Positions 7,938 to 17,796 of a DNA stretch of 64,000 nucleotides are shown piece after piece. The DNA is taken from assembly GCA_026003015.1 (NCBI GenBank), contig BPGL01000001.1:282297-346296 (forward strand), in the 5' to 3' direction. The number at the start of each line of letters is the position of its first letter. The first letter of the stretch is position 1. The notes below the pieces were generated by a model, which made no database searches, was not told the DNA's origin, and saw only the letters and a list, made by a program, of their open reading frames with translations. This DNA is from Actinomycetota bacterium (lineage in GTDB: Bacteria > Actinomycetota > UBA4738 > HRBIN12). The position numbers and the translations under genes were made by a program.

Positions 7938-10487
7938 GTGTTCCGGGCCACCTGGCGGAGCCTGCTCGCGCGCAAGCTGCGGCTCCTGCTCACCGCAGGC
8001 TCGATCGTCCTGGGCGTCGGGTTCGTCGCCGGCACCTACGTCCTGACCGACACGATGAACGCGGCGTTCGAGGAGCTGTTCGCGCGGGCCGCCTCCGGCG
8101 CCGACCTCGTCGTGCGCTCGCGCCAGGCCTTCGAGGACATCGCGGCCGGGCCGGGGACCGGGGCCACCGAGGAGCGCCGCCCGATCCCCGAGGCGCTGCT
8201 CGAGGAGATCGCCTCCGTCCCCGGCGTCGAGATCGCGGCCGGCGACGTGAGCGGCGCCGCCTCGATCGTGGACCCCGACTCCGACGAGGTGCTGGGCGGT
8301 CTCGGTCCGCCGACGATCGGGACGAACTGGACGGCTCTGGCCGACGCGGTCCTCACGGTGCGCGAGGGCCGGCCGCCCGACGGCCCCGGCGAGGTGGCGA
8401 TCGACGCGGGCAGCGCCCGCACGGGGGAGATCGGGATCGGGGATCGCGTGCCGATCCTCACGGGGACCGGGCGCGAGGTCTTCGAGGTCGTGGGGATCCT
8501 CGGGTTCGGCCCGGCTGACAACCTGGGCGGTGCGACGCTCGCCGTCTTCGACACCGAGACGGCGCAGCGGCTCCTCGACAAGGAGGGCGTCTACGACACG
8601 ATCACGGTCAAGGCCGAGGAGGATGTCGACCCGGTCGCTCTCCGTGCCGCGATCCAGGCGCGCCTGCCGAAGGGCCTGGAGACCGTGAGCTCGACCGACG
8701 TCGCCGACGAGAACGCGCAGGCGCTCCGCGAGGGACTCGGGTTCTTCCGCACCGCGCTTTTGGTCTTCGCCGCCGTCGCCCTGTTCGTCGGGGGCTTCCT
8801 GATCCTCAACACCTTCTCGATCATCGTCGCCCAGCGGACCCGCGAGCTCGCGCTGCTCAGGACGCTCGGCGCGACGCGCGCGCAGGTCCTGGGCTCGGTC
8901 GTCGTCGAGGCGGCGATCGTCGGGGTCCTGGCCTCGGCCGTCGGGGTCGGCGCGGGCGTGGGGATCGCGATCGGGCTTCGGGGGCTCCTCGGCGCGTTCG
9001 GGATCGACCTGCCGACCACGGCGATCCAGCTCGAGCCCCGCACGGTCGTCGTGTCGATCGCGGTCGGGCTGGGGGTGACGATCCTCGCCGCCGTCTTGCC
9101 CGCGCGCCACGCCGCGCGGGTCGCGCCGCTGCAGGCGCTGCGCGACACCGCGGCCGAGGCGTCCGGGAGCCTCGCGCGCCGAGCCCTCCTCGGGGGGGCG
9201 GCCGCGCTCGCGGGCGTCGGGGCGCTCGCCGTCGGGCTGTTCGGGTCGCCGTCGAACCCGGCCGTGGTCGTTGGCGTCGGGGCGGCGCTCACGTTCGCCG
9301 GGGTCGCCGTCTGGTCGCCGTTCCTCGCCCGGCCGGTCGCCGGGGCCCTTGGCGCGCCGTTCGAGCGGCGCAGCGTGCCGGCGCGCCTGGGGCGGGAGAA
9401 CGCACGGCGGAACCCCCGTCGCACGGCCGCAACGGCCTCGGCGCTCATGATCGGGCTGGGGCTCGTGTCGATGGTGGCGATCCTCGCAGCGTCGCTCAAG
9501 GCCTCGCTCGACGAGGCCCTTCGCAAGACGCTCAAGGCCGACCTCACGCTCTCGACGACCTCGTTCACGCCGTTCTCGCCGGCGGTCGCCCGGCGCGTGG
9601 CGGCCCTCCCCGAGGTCGGGGCGGTCGGGACCTTCCGCCAGGCCGGGTTCAAGGTCGACGGCGACACGAGTTTCCTCACCGGACTCGACCCCTCGACGGT
9701 GGAGGCGGTGACCTCGCTGGGCGTGTCGGCGGGGTCGCTCGCCGATCTGCGCGGCGACGCGATCGCGGTCGCCAGCGACGTGGCCACCGAACGCGGCTGG
9801 TCGGTCGGGGATCGCGTCCCGGCGGCGTTCCCGTCGGTCGGGGAGCGCCCCCTGCGGATCGTGGCGATCTACGACGAGGATCGGCTCGTCGGCGACTACG
9901 TCGTCCCGCTCGAGACCTACGAGGACCTCTACGTCGAGCAGCTCGACGCCTTCGTGCTCGTTCGCGCGGCCGAGGGGGTCGCGACCGACGAGGCGCGCCG
10001 AGCGGTCGAGGCGGCGGTGGTGGGGTTCCCCAACGTCGACGTCCAGGACCAGGCGGCGTTCCGGGAGAAGCAGGCGGCCTTCATCGACCAGCTGCTCGGG
10101 CTCGTCACCGCGCTGCTCATGATGGCGATCGTGATCGCGCTGTTCGGCATCGTGAACACCCTCGGTCTGTCGATCTACGAGCGCACGCGGGAGCTCGGGC
10201 TGCTGCGGGCCGTGGGGATGAGCCGGGCCCAGGTCCGACGGATGATCCGCTGGGAGGCGGTGATCATCGCGGTGTTCGGCGCGCTGCTCGGGCTCGCCGT
10301 GGGGATCGGCTTCGGCTGGGCCCTGCGCCGGGCCCTCGAGCCGGAGGGCGTCACGAGGCTCGCGCTGCCGGCGGCCCAGCTGGGCGCCTACCTCGCCGCC
10401 GCGGCGCTCGCCGGCGTGCTCGCCGCGGTGTGGCCGGCGCGGCGGGCCTCTCGGCTGGACGTGCTCGCCTCGATCGCCTACGAGTGA
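7938..10487 (+). CDS. ABC transporter permease with duplicated FtsX/MacB modules
   Basis: Two repeats with NTFSIIVAQRTRELALLR and NTLGLSIYERTRELGLLRAVG; GTG start 7938. Confidence 0.9.
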   Translation: MFRATWRSLLARKLRLLLTAGSIVLGVGFVAGTYVLTDTMNAAFEELFARAASGADLVVRSRQAFEDIAAGPGTGATEERRPIPEALLEEIASVPGVEIAAGDVSGAASIVDPDSDEVLGGLGPPTIGTNWTALADAVLTVREGRPPDGPGEVAIDAGSARTGEIGIGDRVPILTGTGREVFEVVGILGFGPADNLGGATLAVFDTETAQRLLDKEGVYDTITVKAEEDVDPVALRAAIQARLPKGLETVSSTDVADENAQALREGLGFFRTALLVFAAVALFVGGFLILNTFSIIVAQRTRELALLRTLGATRAQVLGSVVVEAAIVGVLASAVGVGAGVGIAIGLRGLLGAFGIDLPTTAIQLEPRTVVVSIAVGLGVTILAAVLPARHAARVAPLQALRDTAAEASGSLARRALLGGAAALAGVGALAVGLFGSPSNPAVVVGVGAALTFAGVAVWSPFLARPVAGALGAPFERRSVPARLGRENARRNPRRTAATASALMIGLGLVSMVAILAASLKASLDEALRKTLKADLTLSTTSFTPFSPAVARRVAALPEVGAVGTFRQAGFKVDGDTSFLTGLDPSTVEAVTSLGVSAGSLADLRGDAIAVASDVATERGWSVGDRVPAAFPSVGERPLRIVAIYDEDRLVGDYVVPLETYEDLYVEQLDAFVLVRAAEGVATDEARRAVEAAVVGFPNVDVQDQAAFREKQAAFIDQLLGLVTALLMMAIVIALFGIVNTLGLSIYERTRELGLLRAVGMSRAQVRRMIRWEAVIIAVFGALLGLAVGIGFGWALRRALEPEGVTRLALPAAQLGAYLAAAALAGVLAAVWPARRASRLDVLASIAYE

Positions 10488-10563
10488 TGCCGGGGCGCCC
10501 CGGGAAGGCAGGCCGAGCCCGCACCGGCACCGCGCGCTCGCGGGCTCCTATGATGGTCGCCCC

Positions 10564-12492
10564 ATGCCGCGCGTCCAGCTCCCCGACGGCCCGGTCGAGC
10601 TCCCGGACGGGGAGCCGGTCGGCTCCGTGCTGCCGCCGACCTCGATCGCGGCCCGCGTCGACGGGGTGCTGCGGGACCTCGCGTTCGTGCCGACCGGGGA
10701 GGCCATCGTCGAGCCCGTGCGGCCCGAGGACCCCGACGGCCTGCGGATCCTGCGTCACTCGAGCGCGCACGTGCTCGCGCGGGCCTGCTGTGACCTGTTC
10801 CCCGGCACCCGCTACGCGATCGGACCGCCGACCGACGACGGCTTCTACTACGACCTCGAGCTGCCGACGCCCGTAGGGGTCGAGGACCTCGCGAGGATCG
10901 AGGCCCGGATGCGCGAGCTCGTCGCGGCGGACGAGCCGTTCGTGCGCGAGGACGTCTCCCGGGCCGAGGCCCGCGAGCGCCTCGCCGCCCAGCCCTACAA
11001 GGTGGAGATCCTCGAGAAGATCGGGCAGGAGGCCGGGGAGGTCGGCGCCGGCGAGACGGTGTCGCTGTACCGGAACGGCGACTGGGTCGACCTGTGCGAG
11101 GGGCCCCACGTCCCCTCGACCGGGCGCCTCGGAGCGTTCCGACTGACGAAGCTCGCCGGGGCGTACTGGCGGGGCGACGAGTCGCGCCCGATGCTCACCC
11201 GGATCTACGGGACCGCCTGGGCGAGCGACGACGACCTCGCTCGGCACCTCGAGCGTCTGGCCGAGGCCGAGCGCCGCGACCACCGCAAGCTCGGCCAGCA
11301 GCTCGACCTCTTCTCGTTCCCCGAGGAGCTCGGGCCGGGCCTGGCCGTGTGGCACCCGCGCGGGGGGATCGTGCGCAAGGAGCTCGAGGACTTCGTGCGC
11401 GAGCTGCACCTCGCCCGCGGCTACGAGCTGGTCGTCACGCCGCACCTGGCCCGTCGGACGCTGTGGGACACGAGCGGCCACACGGCGAAGTACGCCGAGA
11501 CGATGTTCCCCGAGATGGTCCGCGACGAGGCCGCGTACTTCGTCAAGCCGATGAACTGCCCGTTCCACGTGCTGATCTACAAGTCCGCGGTCCGCTCCTA
11601 CCGGGAGCTGCCGATGCGCCTGTCCGAGCTCGGGACGGTCTACCGCTACGAACGGGTGGGAACGCTGCACGGGCTGCTGCGCGCCCGCGGGCTGACGCAG
11701 GACGACTCGCACATCATCTGCCGCGAAGATCAACTCGTCGAGGAGATCCTGGGCGTGTTCGATCTCACCCTGGAGATCCACCGGACGTTCGGGTTCGTCG
11801 ACCCGGTCGTGAACCTCTCGACCCGGCCGGGACAGGCGATCGGGGACCAGGCGATGTGGGCCAAGGCGATCGAGGCGCTCACCGCGGCCTTGGACCGAAG
11901 CGGCCTCGCCTACACGGTCGCGGAGGGAGAGGGGGCGTTCTACGGGCCGAAGGTGGACTTCCACTTCCACGACGCGATCGGTCGGCTGTGGCAGCTCACG
12001 ACGGTTCAGTGCGACTTCGCGCTGCCCGAGCGGTTCGACATGACCTACACGGGGGAGGACAACGAGCGCCACCGGCCCGTGATGATCCACCGCGCGATCC
12101 TGGGATCGCTCGAGCGGTTCTGCGGGGTCCTGATCGAGCACTACGCGGGAGCCTTCCCGCTGTGGCTCGCGCCCGAGCAGCTGCGCCTCGTTCCCGTTGC
12201 CGACCGACACGTCCCCGCCTGCCGCGAGCTGGCCCAGCGGGCGCGCGCTGCGGGGCTGCGCGCCCACGTCGACGAGACGAGCGCGTCGGTCGGCAAGAAG
12301 ATCCGTGCCGCGCAGCTGCTCCGCTCGCCCTACGTCGTCGTCGTCGGCGACCGCGACCTCGAGGCCGGCACGTACACCGTGCGCGACCGCGAGGGCACCG
12401 AGTGGCCCGGCGTGGACTTCGACCGTCTGGTCGATGCGCTCGTCGAGGAGGTCGCCTCGCGACGGCTCGAGCAGACCCGCTTCGGGGGCTGA
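10564..12492 (+). CDS. thrS: Threonine--tRNA ligase
   Basis: HSSAHVLA and DLCEGPHV editing motifs, RDHRKLG, KPMNCPFH, YRYE, GAFYGPK, HRAILGSLERF; TATGAT -10 at 10549-10554. Confidence 0.98.
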   Translation: MPRVQLPDGPVELPDGEPVGSVLPPTSIAARVDGVLRDLAFVPTGEAIVEPVRPEDPDGLRILRHSSAHVLARACCDLFPGTRYAIGPPTDDGFYYDLELPTPVGVEDLARIEARMRELVAADEPFVREDVSRAEARERLAAQPYKVEILEKIGQEAGEVGAGETVSLYRNGDWVDLCEGPHVPSTGRLGAFRLTKLAGAYWRGDESRPMLTRIYGTAWASDDDLARHLERLAEAERRDHRKLGQQLDLFSFPEELGPGLAVWHPRGGIVRKELEDFVRELHLARGYELVVTPHLARRTLWDTSGHTAKYAETMFPEMVRDEAAYFVKPMNCPFHVLIYKSAVRSYRELPMRLSELGTVYRYERVGTLHGLLRARGLTQDDSHIICREDQLVEEILGVFDLTLEIHRTFGFVDPVVNLSTRPGQAIGDQAMWAKAIEALTAALDRSGLAYTVAEGEGAFYGPKVDFHFHDAIGRLWQLTTVQCDFALPERFDMTYTGEDNERHRPVMIHRAILGSLERFCGVLIEHYAGAFPLWLAPEQLRLVPVADRHVPACRELAQRARAAGLRAHVDETSASVGKKIRAAQLLRSPYVVVVGDRDLEAGTYTVRDREGTEWPGVDFDRLVDALVEEVASRRLEQTRFGG

Positions 12493-12498
12493 GGCCGC

Positions 12499-12990
12499 GT
12501 GGAGCGCCTCTGGAGTCCCTGGCGGATGGCCTACATCCAGCAGGCCAAAGAGGAGCCGTCCCCCGACGCGGGGTGCCTGTTCTGTCGGATCGCGGACGGT
12601 TCGGAGGGCGAGCGCGTGCTCGCGCGCGACGAGCTCGCCTACGTCGTCGTGAACCGCTACCCCTACAACCCGGGGCACCTGCTCGTCGTGACGGTGCGCC
12701 ACGTGGGAGCCCTCGAGGAGGTGACCGACGCCGAGCACCTCGCGCTGATGCGCCTGGTCGCGCGGTCGGTCTCGGCGCTCGAGCGGGCCTCGGAGCCGCA
12801 CGGGTTCAACCTCGGGATGAACCTCGGGCGCGTCGCCGGCGCCGGCGTCCCCGATCACCTGCACTGGCACGTCGTTCCTCGTTGGAGCGGCGACACGAAC
12901 TTCATGCCGGTGCTGGGCCAGACACGCGTGTTGCCCGAGCTCGTCGAGGAGACGTGCGCCCGGCTCGCTCCCTACTTCGAGGGCGCCTGA
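12499..12990 (+). CDS. HIT family protein (Ap4A phosphorylase-like)
   Basis: RLWSPWRM, CLFC, NRYPYNPGHLL, HLHWHVVPRW.GD.NFM; usual position after thrS. Confidence 0.92.
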   Translation: MERLWSPWRMAYIQQAKEEPSPDAGCLFCRIADGSEGERVLARDELAYVVVNRYPYNPGHLLVVTVRHVGALEEVTDAEHLALMRLVARSVSALERASEPHGFNLGMNLGRVAGAGVPDHLHWHVVPRWSGDTNFMPVLGQTRVLPELVEETCARLAPYFEGA

Positions 12991-13005
12991 GCCGGCCGCG
13001 CCGCC

Positions 13006-15093
13006 TCAGCGCTTCTGCGCCTCCTCCCGGGCCTGACGGTATTCGGCGATCACCTTCTCGGCCAGGTGCGCCGGCATCTCCTCGTAGTGGGAGAACGTCA
13101 TCGTGAACGCGCCGCGCCCGCCGGTCATCGAGCGCAGGTCGATCACGTAGCGTGCGACCTCCGCCTGCGGGACGAGCGCATCGATCCGCTGCTTGCCTCC
13201 GCCGATCGGCTCCATCCCCTGGATCTTGCCCCGCTTGGCGTTGAGGTCGCCCATGACGTCGCCGGTGAACTGCTCGGGAACGACGACCGACAGCCTCACG
13301 ATCGGCTCGAGCAGCACGACGCCCGCCGCCTCGGCGGCCTCCTTCAGGGCGAGGGAACCGGCGATCTGGAACGCCATGTCGGAGGAGTCCACGGAGTGGA
13401 ATTTGCCGTCGACGAGGGTGACCTTCACGTCGACCATCGGGTTCCCGCTGATCACGCCCTCGGCCATCGTGCGAACGATCCCCTTCTCGACCGAGGGGAT
13501 GAACTGCTGGGGGATCGCTCCGCCGAAGATCTTGTCCTCGAAGACGAAGCCCTCGCCGCGCGGCAGCGGCTCGACCTCGATGTCGCAGATCGCGTACTGC
13601 CCGTGGCCGCCGGTCTGCTTCACGTGGCGACCGTGCCCCTTCGCCTTGCCGCGCAGGGTCTCTCGGTAGGCGATCTTCGCCGGGCGGTGGTCGACCGCGA
13701 CCCCGAACTTCCGCTGGAGCCGCTCGATCTGCACGCCGAGGTGCGCCTCGCCCATCCCGTAGATCACGGTCTCGTGGGTCTCCTCGTTGCGCGCGACCCG
13801 GAAGCTGGGGTCTTCGTCGCGCAGGCGCGCGAGCCCCGTGGCCAACTTGTCCTCGTCCCCCTTCGTCTTCGGCGCGATGGCGTAGGCGAGCAGCGGCTCG
13901 GGCAGCTCGATCGGCGGGAGCTGGACCGGTCGATCCTTCGTGCACAGCGTGTCGCCTGTGCGCGCGTGTTGGAGCTTCGCGACCGCCCCGATGTCGCCGG
14001 CAGGGACCTCGGGGACGGGCTCGTGCTCCTTGCCCACGAGCGTGAACAGCTGTCCGATCCGCTCGTCGGCGCCCTGGGTCGCGTCGTGCACGCTCGAGTC
14101 CGGGCGCATCCGTCCGCTGAACACCCGGAACATCGTGATGTGCCCGACGAAGGGGTCCGACACCGTCTTGAACACGTAGGCGGTGAGCGGCCCGTCGGGG
14201 TCGCAGGCACGCTCCTCGTCGCCGTTCGGCCCTGTCACCCTGATCGGGGGGCGCTCGAGCGGCGAGGGGAACTCCTCGACGATGAAGTCGAGCAGACGGT
14301 CGACCCCGATCGCGCGCGCCGCGCTTCCGACGATCACGGGGGCCAGACGGGCTCGTGCGAACCCCTCCTTGGCCCCGCGGACGATGTCGTCCTCGGGCAG
14401 CGTGCCCTCCTCGAGGTAGCGTTCGATCAGCGCGTCGTCGGACTCGGCGACCGCCTCGATCAGCTTCTCCCGGGCCGGGTCCGCGACGGCGTGCAGTTCC
14501 TCGGGCCAGGGGGACTCCTGCGCGATCGGGCCGGAGGGGTATCGATCGGCCGTCTCGTGGAGCAGGTCGGCCACGCCCTCGAACGCGTGCTCGGCGCCGA
14601 TCGGAAGCTCGAACGGCGCGACCTGGGTGCCGAAGGTCGCGACGAGCTGATCGAGCGTCGCCTGGAAGTCGGCGCGCTCGCGGTCGAGCTTGTTCACGAA
14701 GATGGCGCGGGGCAGGCCCTCCTCGACGGCGAGCTCCCACGCGTACTCGGTCTGGACCTCGACCCCGTCGACCGCGGACACGACGATGATCACCGCGTCG
14801 GCCGCGCGCACGGCCATCCGAAGATCCCCGACGAAGTCGGCGGTCCCCGGGGCGTCGAGGACGTTGATCTTCACGCCCTTCCACTCGACCGGCGCCATCG
14901 CGAGCGACACCGAGATCTGGCGCTTCTGCTCGTCGGGGTCGTGGTCGCTCACGGTCGTGCCGTCCTCGACCGTCCCCATGCGGGTGATCCGTCCCGAGGC
15001 GAAGAGCATCGCCTCGAGCAGCGTGGTCTTGCCGGCACCCCCGTGGCCGGCGAGCAGGACGTTGCGGACGTTCCTGGCCTCGTACGTGTTCAC
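13006..15093 (-). CDS. Elongation factor G-like protein (EF-G2)
   Basis: GHGGAGKTT, DAPG, NKLD, GMGEAHL, KQTGGHGQY, HSVDSS, LRSMTGGRG; located between HIT and pgsA as in other actinobacteria, not in the str operon. Confidence 0.93.
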   Translation of the reverse strand: MNTYEARNVRNVLLAGHGGAGKTTLLEAMLFASGRITRMGTVEDGTTVSDHDPDEQKRQISVSLAMAPVEWKGVKINVLDAPGTADFVGDLRMAVRAADAVIIVVSAVDGVEVQTEYAWELAVEEGLPRAIFVNKLDRERADFQATLDQLVATFGTQVAPFELPIGAEHAFEGVADLLHETADRYPSGPIAQESPWPEELHAVADPAREKLIEAVAESDDALIERYLEEGTLPEDDIVRGAKEGFARARLAPVIVGSAARAIGVDRLLDFIVEEFPSPLERPPIRVTGPNGDEERACDPDGPLTAYVFKTVSDPFVGHITMFRVFSGRMRPDSSVHDATQGADERIGQLFTLVGKEHEPVPEVPAGDIGAVAKLQHARTGDTLCTKDRPVQLPPIELPEPLLAYAIAPKTKGDEDKLATGLARLRDEDPSFRVARNEETHETVIYGMGEAHLGVQIERLQRKFGVAVDHRPAKIAYRETLRGKAKGHGRHVKQTGGHGQYAICDIEVEPLPRGEGFVFEDKIFGGAIPQQFIPSVEKGIVRTMAEGVISGNPMVDVKVTLVDGKFHSVDSSDMAFQIAGSLALKEAAEAAGVVLLEPIVRLSVVVPEQFTGDVMGDLNAKRGKIQGMEPIGGGKQRIDALVPQAEVARYVIDLRSMTGGRGAFTMTFSHYEEMPAHLAEKVIAEYRQAREEAQKR

Positions 15094-15173
15094 CCCGCGC
15101 TCCTTCAGGACGCACGAACCGACGGCTCCGGCAAGGGGGCCATCCTACCGAGTTGCTAGGCTCGCGCCGTTCG

Positions 15174-15707
15174 ATGGTCCGCTTCCAACGCCAGCCGCCG
15201 GGCACCGCGCTCACCCGTTCGCTGCTGCTCATCGGCGGAGCGGCGGCCGTCGTGGCCGGGGCGGCGGTCATCGCGGGGCGCGGCCGGGCCGGGGGCGCGG
15301 CCGCGCTGGCCTCGGGCGCGATGCTCCTCCTCGGCACCCACCGCGCGAACCACGGGGCCGGCGGACCGGTCGACCGCATGCTCGGAGAGCTCCTCGACCG
15401 CGCCTGGGACGCCGCGGTGCTCGGGCCGATCGCCTGGGTCACCCGCTCCGCGGCGCCGTCGATCGCGGCCGCGGCGCTCGTCGCGCTGTCGGGGAGCTTC
15501 CTGTCCTCGTACATCCGCGCGCGCGGCGCTGCCCTCCAGTACTCGGTCGAGGAGAGCCACGTGACGCGCGGCCTGCGCTACGGCCTCGTCGGCGCCGGCC
15601 TGGTCGCCGACCGGCCGGCCGCGACGGTCTGGGCGACGGCGATCCTCGTGGTGCTCGCCGCGGTCGTTCGCACCGCGCAGGTGGCGCGGGAAGAGCGGGC
15701 CACGTGA
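15174..15707 (+). CDS. CDP-alcohol phosphatidyltransferase (PgsA/PIP synthase) homologue with a degenerate active-site motif
   Basis: First gene of the pgsA-patA-pimA operon; hydrophobic; retains LDR..D and SYIRAR but lacks DxxDG and the third Asp. Confidence 0.7.
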   Translation: MVRFQRQPPGTALTRSLLLIGGAAAVVAGAAVIAGRGRAGGAAALASGAMLLLGTHRANHGAGGPVDRMLGELLDRAWDAAVLGPIAWVTRSAAPSIAAAALVALSGSFLSSYIRARGAALQYSVEESHVTRGLRYGLVGAGLVADRPAATVWATAILVVLAAVVRTAQVAREERAT

Positions 15708-16624
15708 GCGCCGCCGTCGCCGCGCGTGACCGGGCCCGTGCGACCGGTGGGGCGCTGCGGGAGCTCGTCGGCTACCTGACGTACGCGACGATCGCCCGCG
15801 CGGGTCGGGTGCTGCCGACCGGGCTCGGGCGGCGTCTGTTCACCTGGGGCGGCACGCTCGCGTGGCACCTGCTGGAGCGGCGCCGGCGCGTCGTCGCGGA
15901 CAACCTCGCCAGGGTGCTGGGGCGCAGCCCGGACGACCCGCTCGTCCAGGCGACGACGAGGGAGGCGTTCCGTCGGTACGCGCGCTACTGGTTCGACGCC
16001 TTCGACGTCGCCACCTGGCCGGCGGACCGCGTCCTCGCGGCGTTCCGGTTCGAGGGGCTCGAGCGCATCGAGCGCGCGCTGGCGACGGGCCGCGGCGCGA
16101 TCGCGGTGATCCCCCACATCGGCAACTGGGACGCGGCCGGCCGGGCGCTCTCGCTCCGCGGGGTCCCCGTGCTCGCCCCGGCCGAGCGGCTGCGCCCCGA
16201 GCCGCTGTTCGAGCTGTTCTGCGCGCATCGGCGCTCCCTGGGGATGGAGATCGTGCCGGCCGACGAAGGGGTCGGCCGCGCGCTCGCCGCCGCGCTCGCG
16301 CGCGGCCGGCTCGTGGCGCTCGTGGCCGATCGCGACCTCGCGGGTCGCGGGGTCGAGGTCGAGATGTTCGGCGCGCGCCGTCGCCTGCCGGCCGGGCCGG
16401 CGCAGCTGGCGCTGCAGACCGGGGCGCCGCTGTTCCCCGCCGCGATCTACGAGGTCCCCGGGGGCTGGCGCGCGGTGATCGGGGAGCCGCTCGAGCCCAC
16501 CCGCAGCGGTGATCGCCGAGCCGACGTCGAAGCGCTGACGCGCCGGATCGCCCGCGCCTTCGAGCGCGCGATCGCCGCCTCACCGGCGGACTGGCACCTG
16601 TTCCAGCCCGGGTGGGGGCCGTGA
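15704..16624 (+). CDS. patA: Phosphatidylinositol mannoside acyltransferase
   Basis: YARYWFDAF, PHIGNWD (HxxxxD), AERLRPE.LF, LVADRDL, P.DWHLFQP; GTGA overlap. Confidence 0.9.
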   Translation: MSAAVAARDRARATGGALRELVGYLTYATIARAGRVLPTGLGRRLFTWGGTLAWHLLERRRRVVADNLARVLGRSPDDPLVQATTREAFRRYARYWFDAFDVATWPADRVLAAFRFEGLERIERALATGRGAIAVIPHIGNWDAAGRALSLRGVPVLAPAERLRPEPLFELFCAHRRSLGMEIVPADEGVGRALAAALARGRLVALVADRDLAGRGVEVEMFGARRRLPAGPAQLALQTGAPLFPAAIYEVPGGWRAVIGEPLEPTRSGDRRADVEALTRRIARAFERAIAASPADWHLFQPGWGP

Positions 16625-17796
16625 ACCTCGACGCGGACGCATGGCGGGTGGCGCTCGTGTGTCCCTACGCCTGGGACGCGCCGGGCGGGGTCCAGGTGCA
16701 CGTGGCGGAGCTGGCCGAGCACCTGCGTCGCGCGGGCCACGAGGTGCTCGTCCTCGCACCGCGGCTGCCAACGGTTCCCGGCGAGCCCGCACGCCCGGCG
16801 CTCCGGCCGCTCGGTGTGGAGGTCGAGCACGCCGGGCGGGCCTGCCCGATCGCCTACCGGGGGACGGTCGCGCCGATCGCGCCGTCGCCGGTCGCGATCG
16901 CGCGGTTGGGCGCCCGGCTGCGGCGCTTCGACCCCGACGTCGTGCACGTGCACGAGCCGTTCGTGCCGAGCACCGCGATGTGGGCGGCGATCGCCTCCCC
17001 GGCCCCCGTCGTCGCGACGTTCCACGCGGCCCTGGACCGCTCGGGGCTGCTGGAGGCGGCGGCGCCCCTGCTGCGCCTGCTCGCCCGCCGGCTCGCCGCG
17101 AGGATCGCGGTCTCGCGCGCGGCCGCCGAGTTCGTCGGTCGAGCCCTCCCGGGCCTGCCGGTGGAGATCGTGCCCAACGGGATCGACCTCGATCGGTTCA
17201 CCGGCGTGGTGCCGGAGTCCCTGCCGCCGGGGCGACGGATCGTGTGGGTGCATCGGCTGGACCCCCAGAAGGGGTTCCGCGTGATGCTCGCGGCCCTCGA
17301 GCGCATCCACGAGCTCATGCCCGAGGTGCGACTGATCGTCGCGGGCGACGGACCGGATCGAGGGGCCGTCGACGAGCTGCCCGGGCCGGTGCGCGAGCGG
17401 GTGACGATGCTCGGCACGGTCGATCACCGACGCGTGCCGCGGCTGTTCGCCGCGGCCGAGGTCGCGGTCGCGGCCGCGATCGGCCAGGAGAGCTTCGGGA
17501 TCACCCTCGTGGAGGCGATGGCGTCGGCCGTCCCGGTCGTGGCGACCGACATCGACGGGTACCGAGAGGTCGTGCGCGACGGCGTCGACGGGATCCTCGT
17601 CCCACCGAACGATCCCGACGAGCTCGCCGCGGCGATCGTGCGGCTCCTGCGGGACCACGGCGCCGCGCTGTCGCTCGCGGCGGCGGCCCGCGAGCGCGCG
17701 ACGGGCTACGCCTGGCCGAGGATCGTCGGGCGACTCGAGCGGATCTACGCCGACGTCGTCCGCCTCCCCGGCCGCGATCGCCCGTCGCTACGATGA
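16621..17796 (+). CDS. pimA: GT4 phosphatidyl-myo-inositol alpha-mannosyltransferase
   Basis: VCPYAWDAPGGVQ.H, HVHEPF.PS, ATFH, ESFGITLVEAMA; operon position. Confidence 0.9.
   Translation: MNLDADAWRVALVCPYAWDAPGGVQVHVAELAEHLRRAGHEVLVLAPRLPTVPGEPARPALRPLGVEVEHAGRACPIAYRGTVAPIAPSPVAIARLGARLRRFDPDVVHVHEPFVPSTAMWAAIASPAPVVATFHAALDRSGLLEAAAPLLRLLARRLAARIAVSRAAAEFVGRALPGLPVEIVPNGIDLDRFTGVVPESLPPGRRIVWVHRLDPQKGFRVMLAALERIHELMPEVRLIVAGDGPDRGAVDELPGPVRERVTMLGTVDHRRVPRLFAAAEVAVAAAIGQESFGITLVEAMASAVPVVATDIDGYREVVRDGVDGILVPPNDPDELAAAIVRLLRDHGAALSLAAAARERATGYAWPRIVGRLERIYADVVRLPGRDRPSLR

Noticed and set aside
10488-10563. T-box leader for thrS (also considered for alaS, hisS and aspS)
   Set aside because: The intergenic space is too short, there is no T-box motif, and a -10 lies just upstream of the start
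10351-12870. Long antisense or alternative-frame ORFs (e.g. 839 aa opposite thrS, 870 aa over EF-G2, 790 aa opposite aspS)
   Set aside because: Shadow ORFs caused by high GC3 and stop-codon scarcity; no motifs, and they overlap well-supported genes
13006-15093. Ribosomal-protection (TetM-like) resistance gene or horizontally acquired fusA
   Set aside because: Sequence and position (HIT / EF-G2 / pgsA) match the vertically inherited actinobacterial EF-G2
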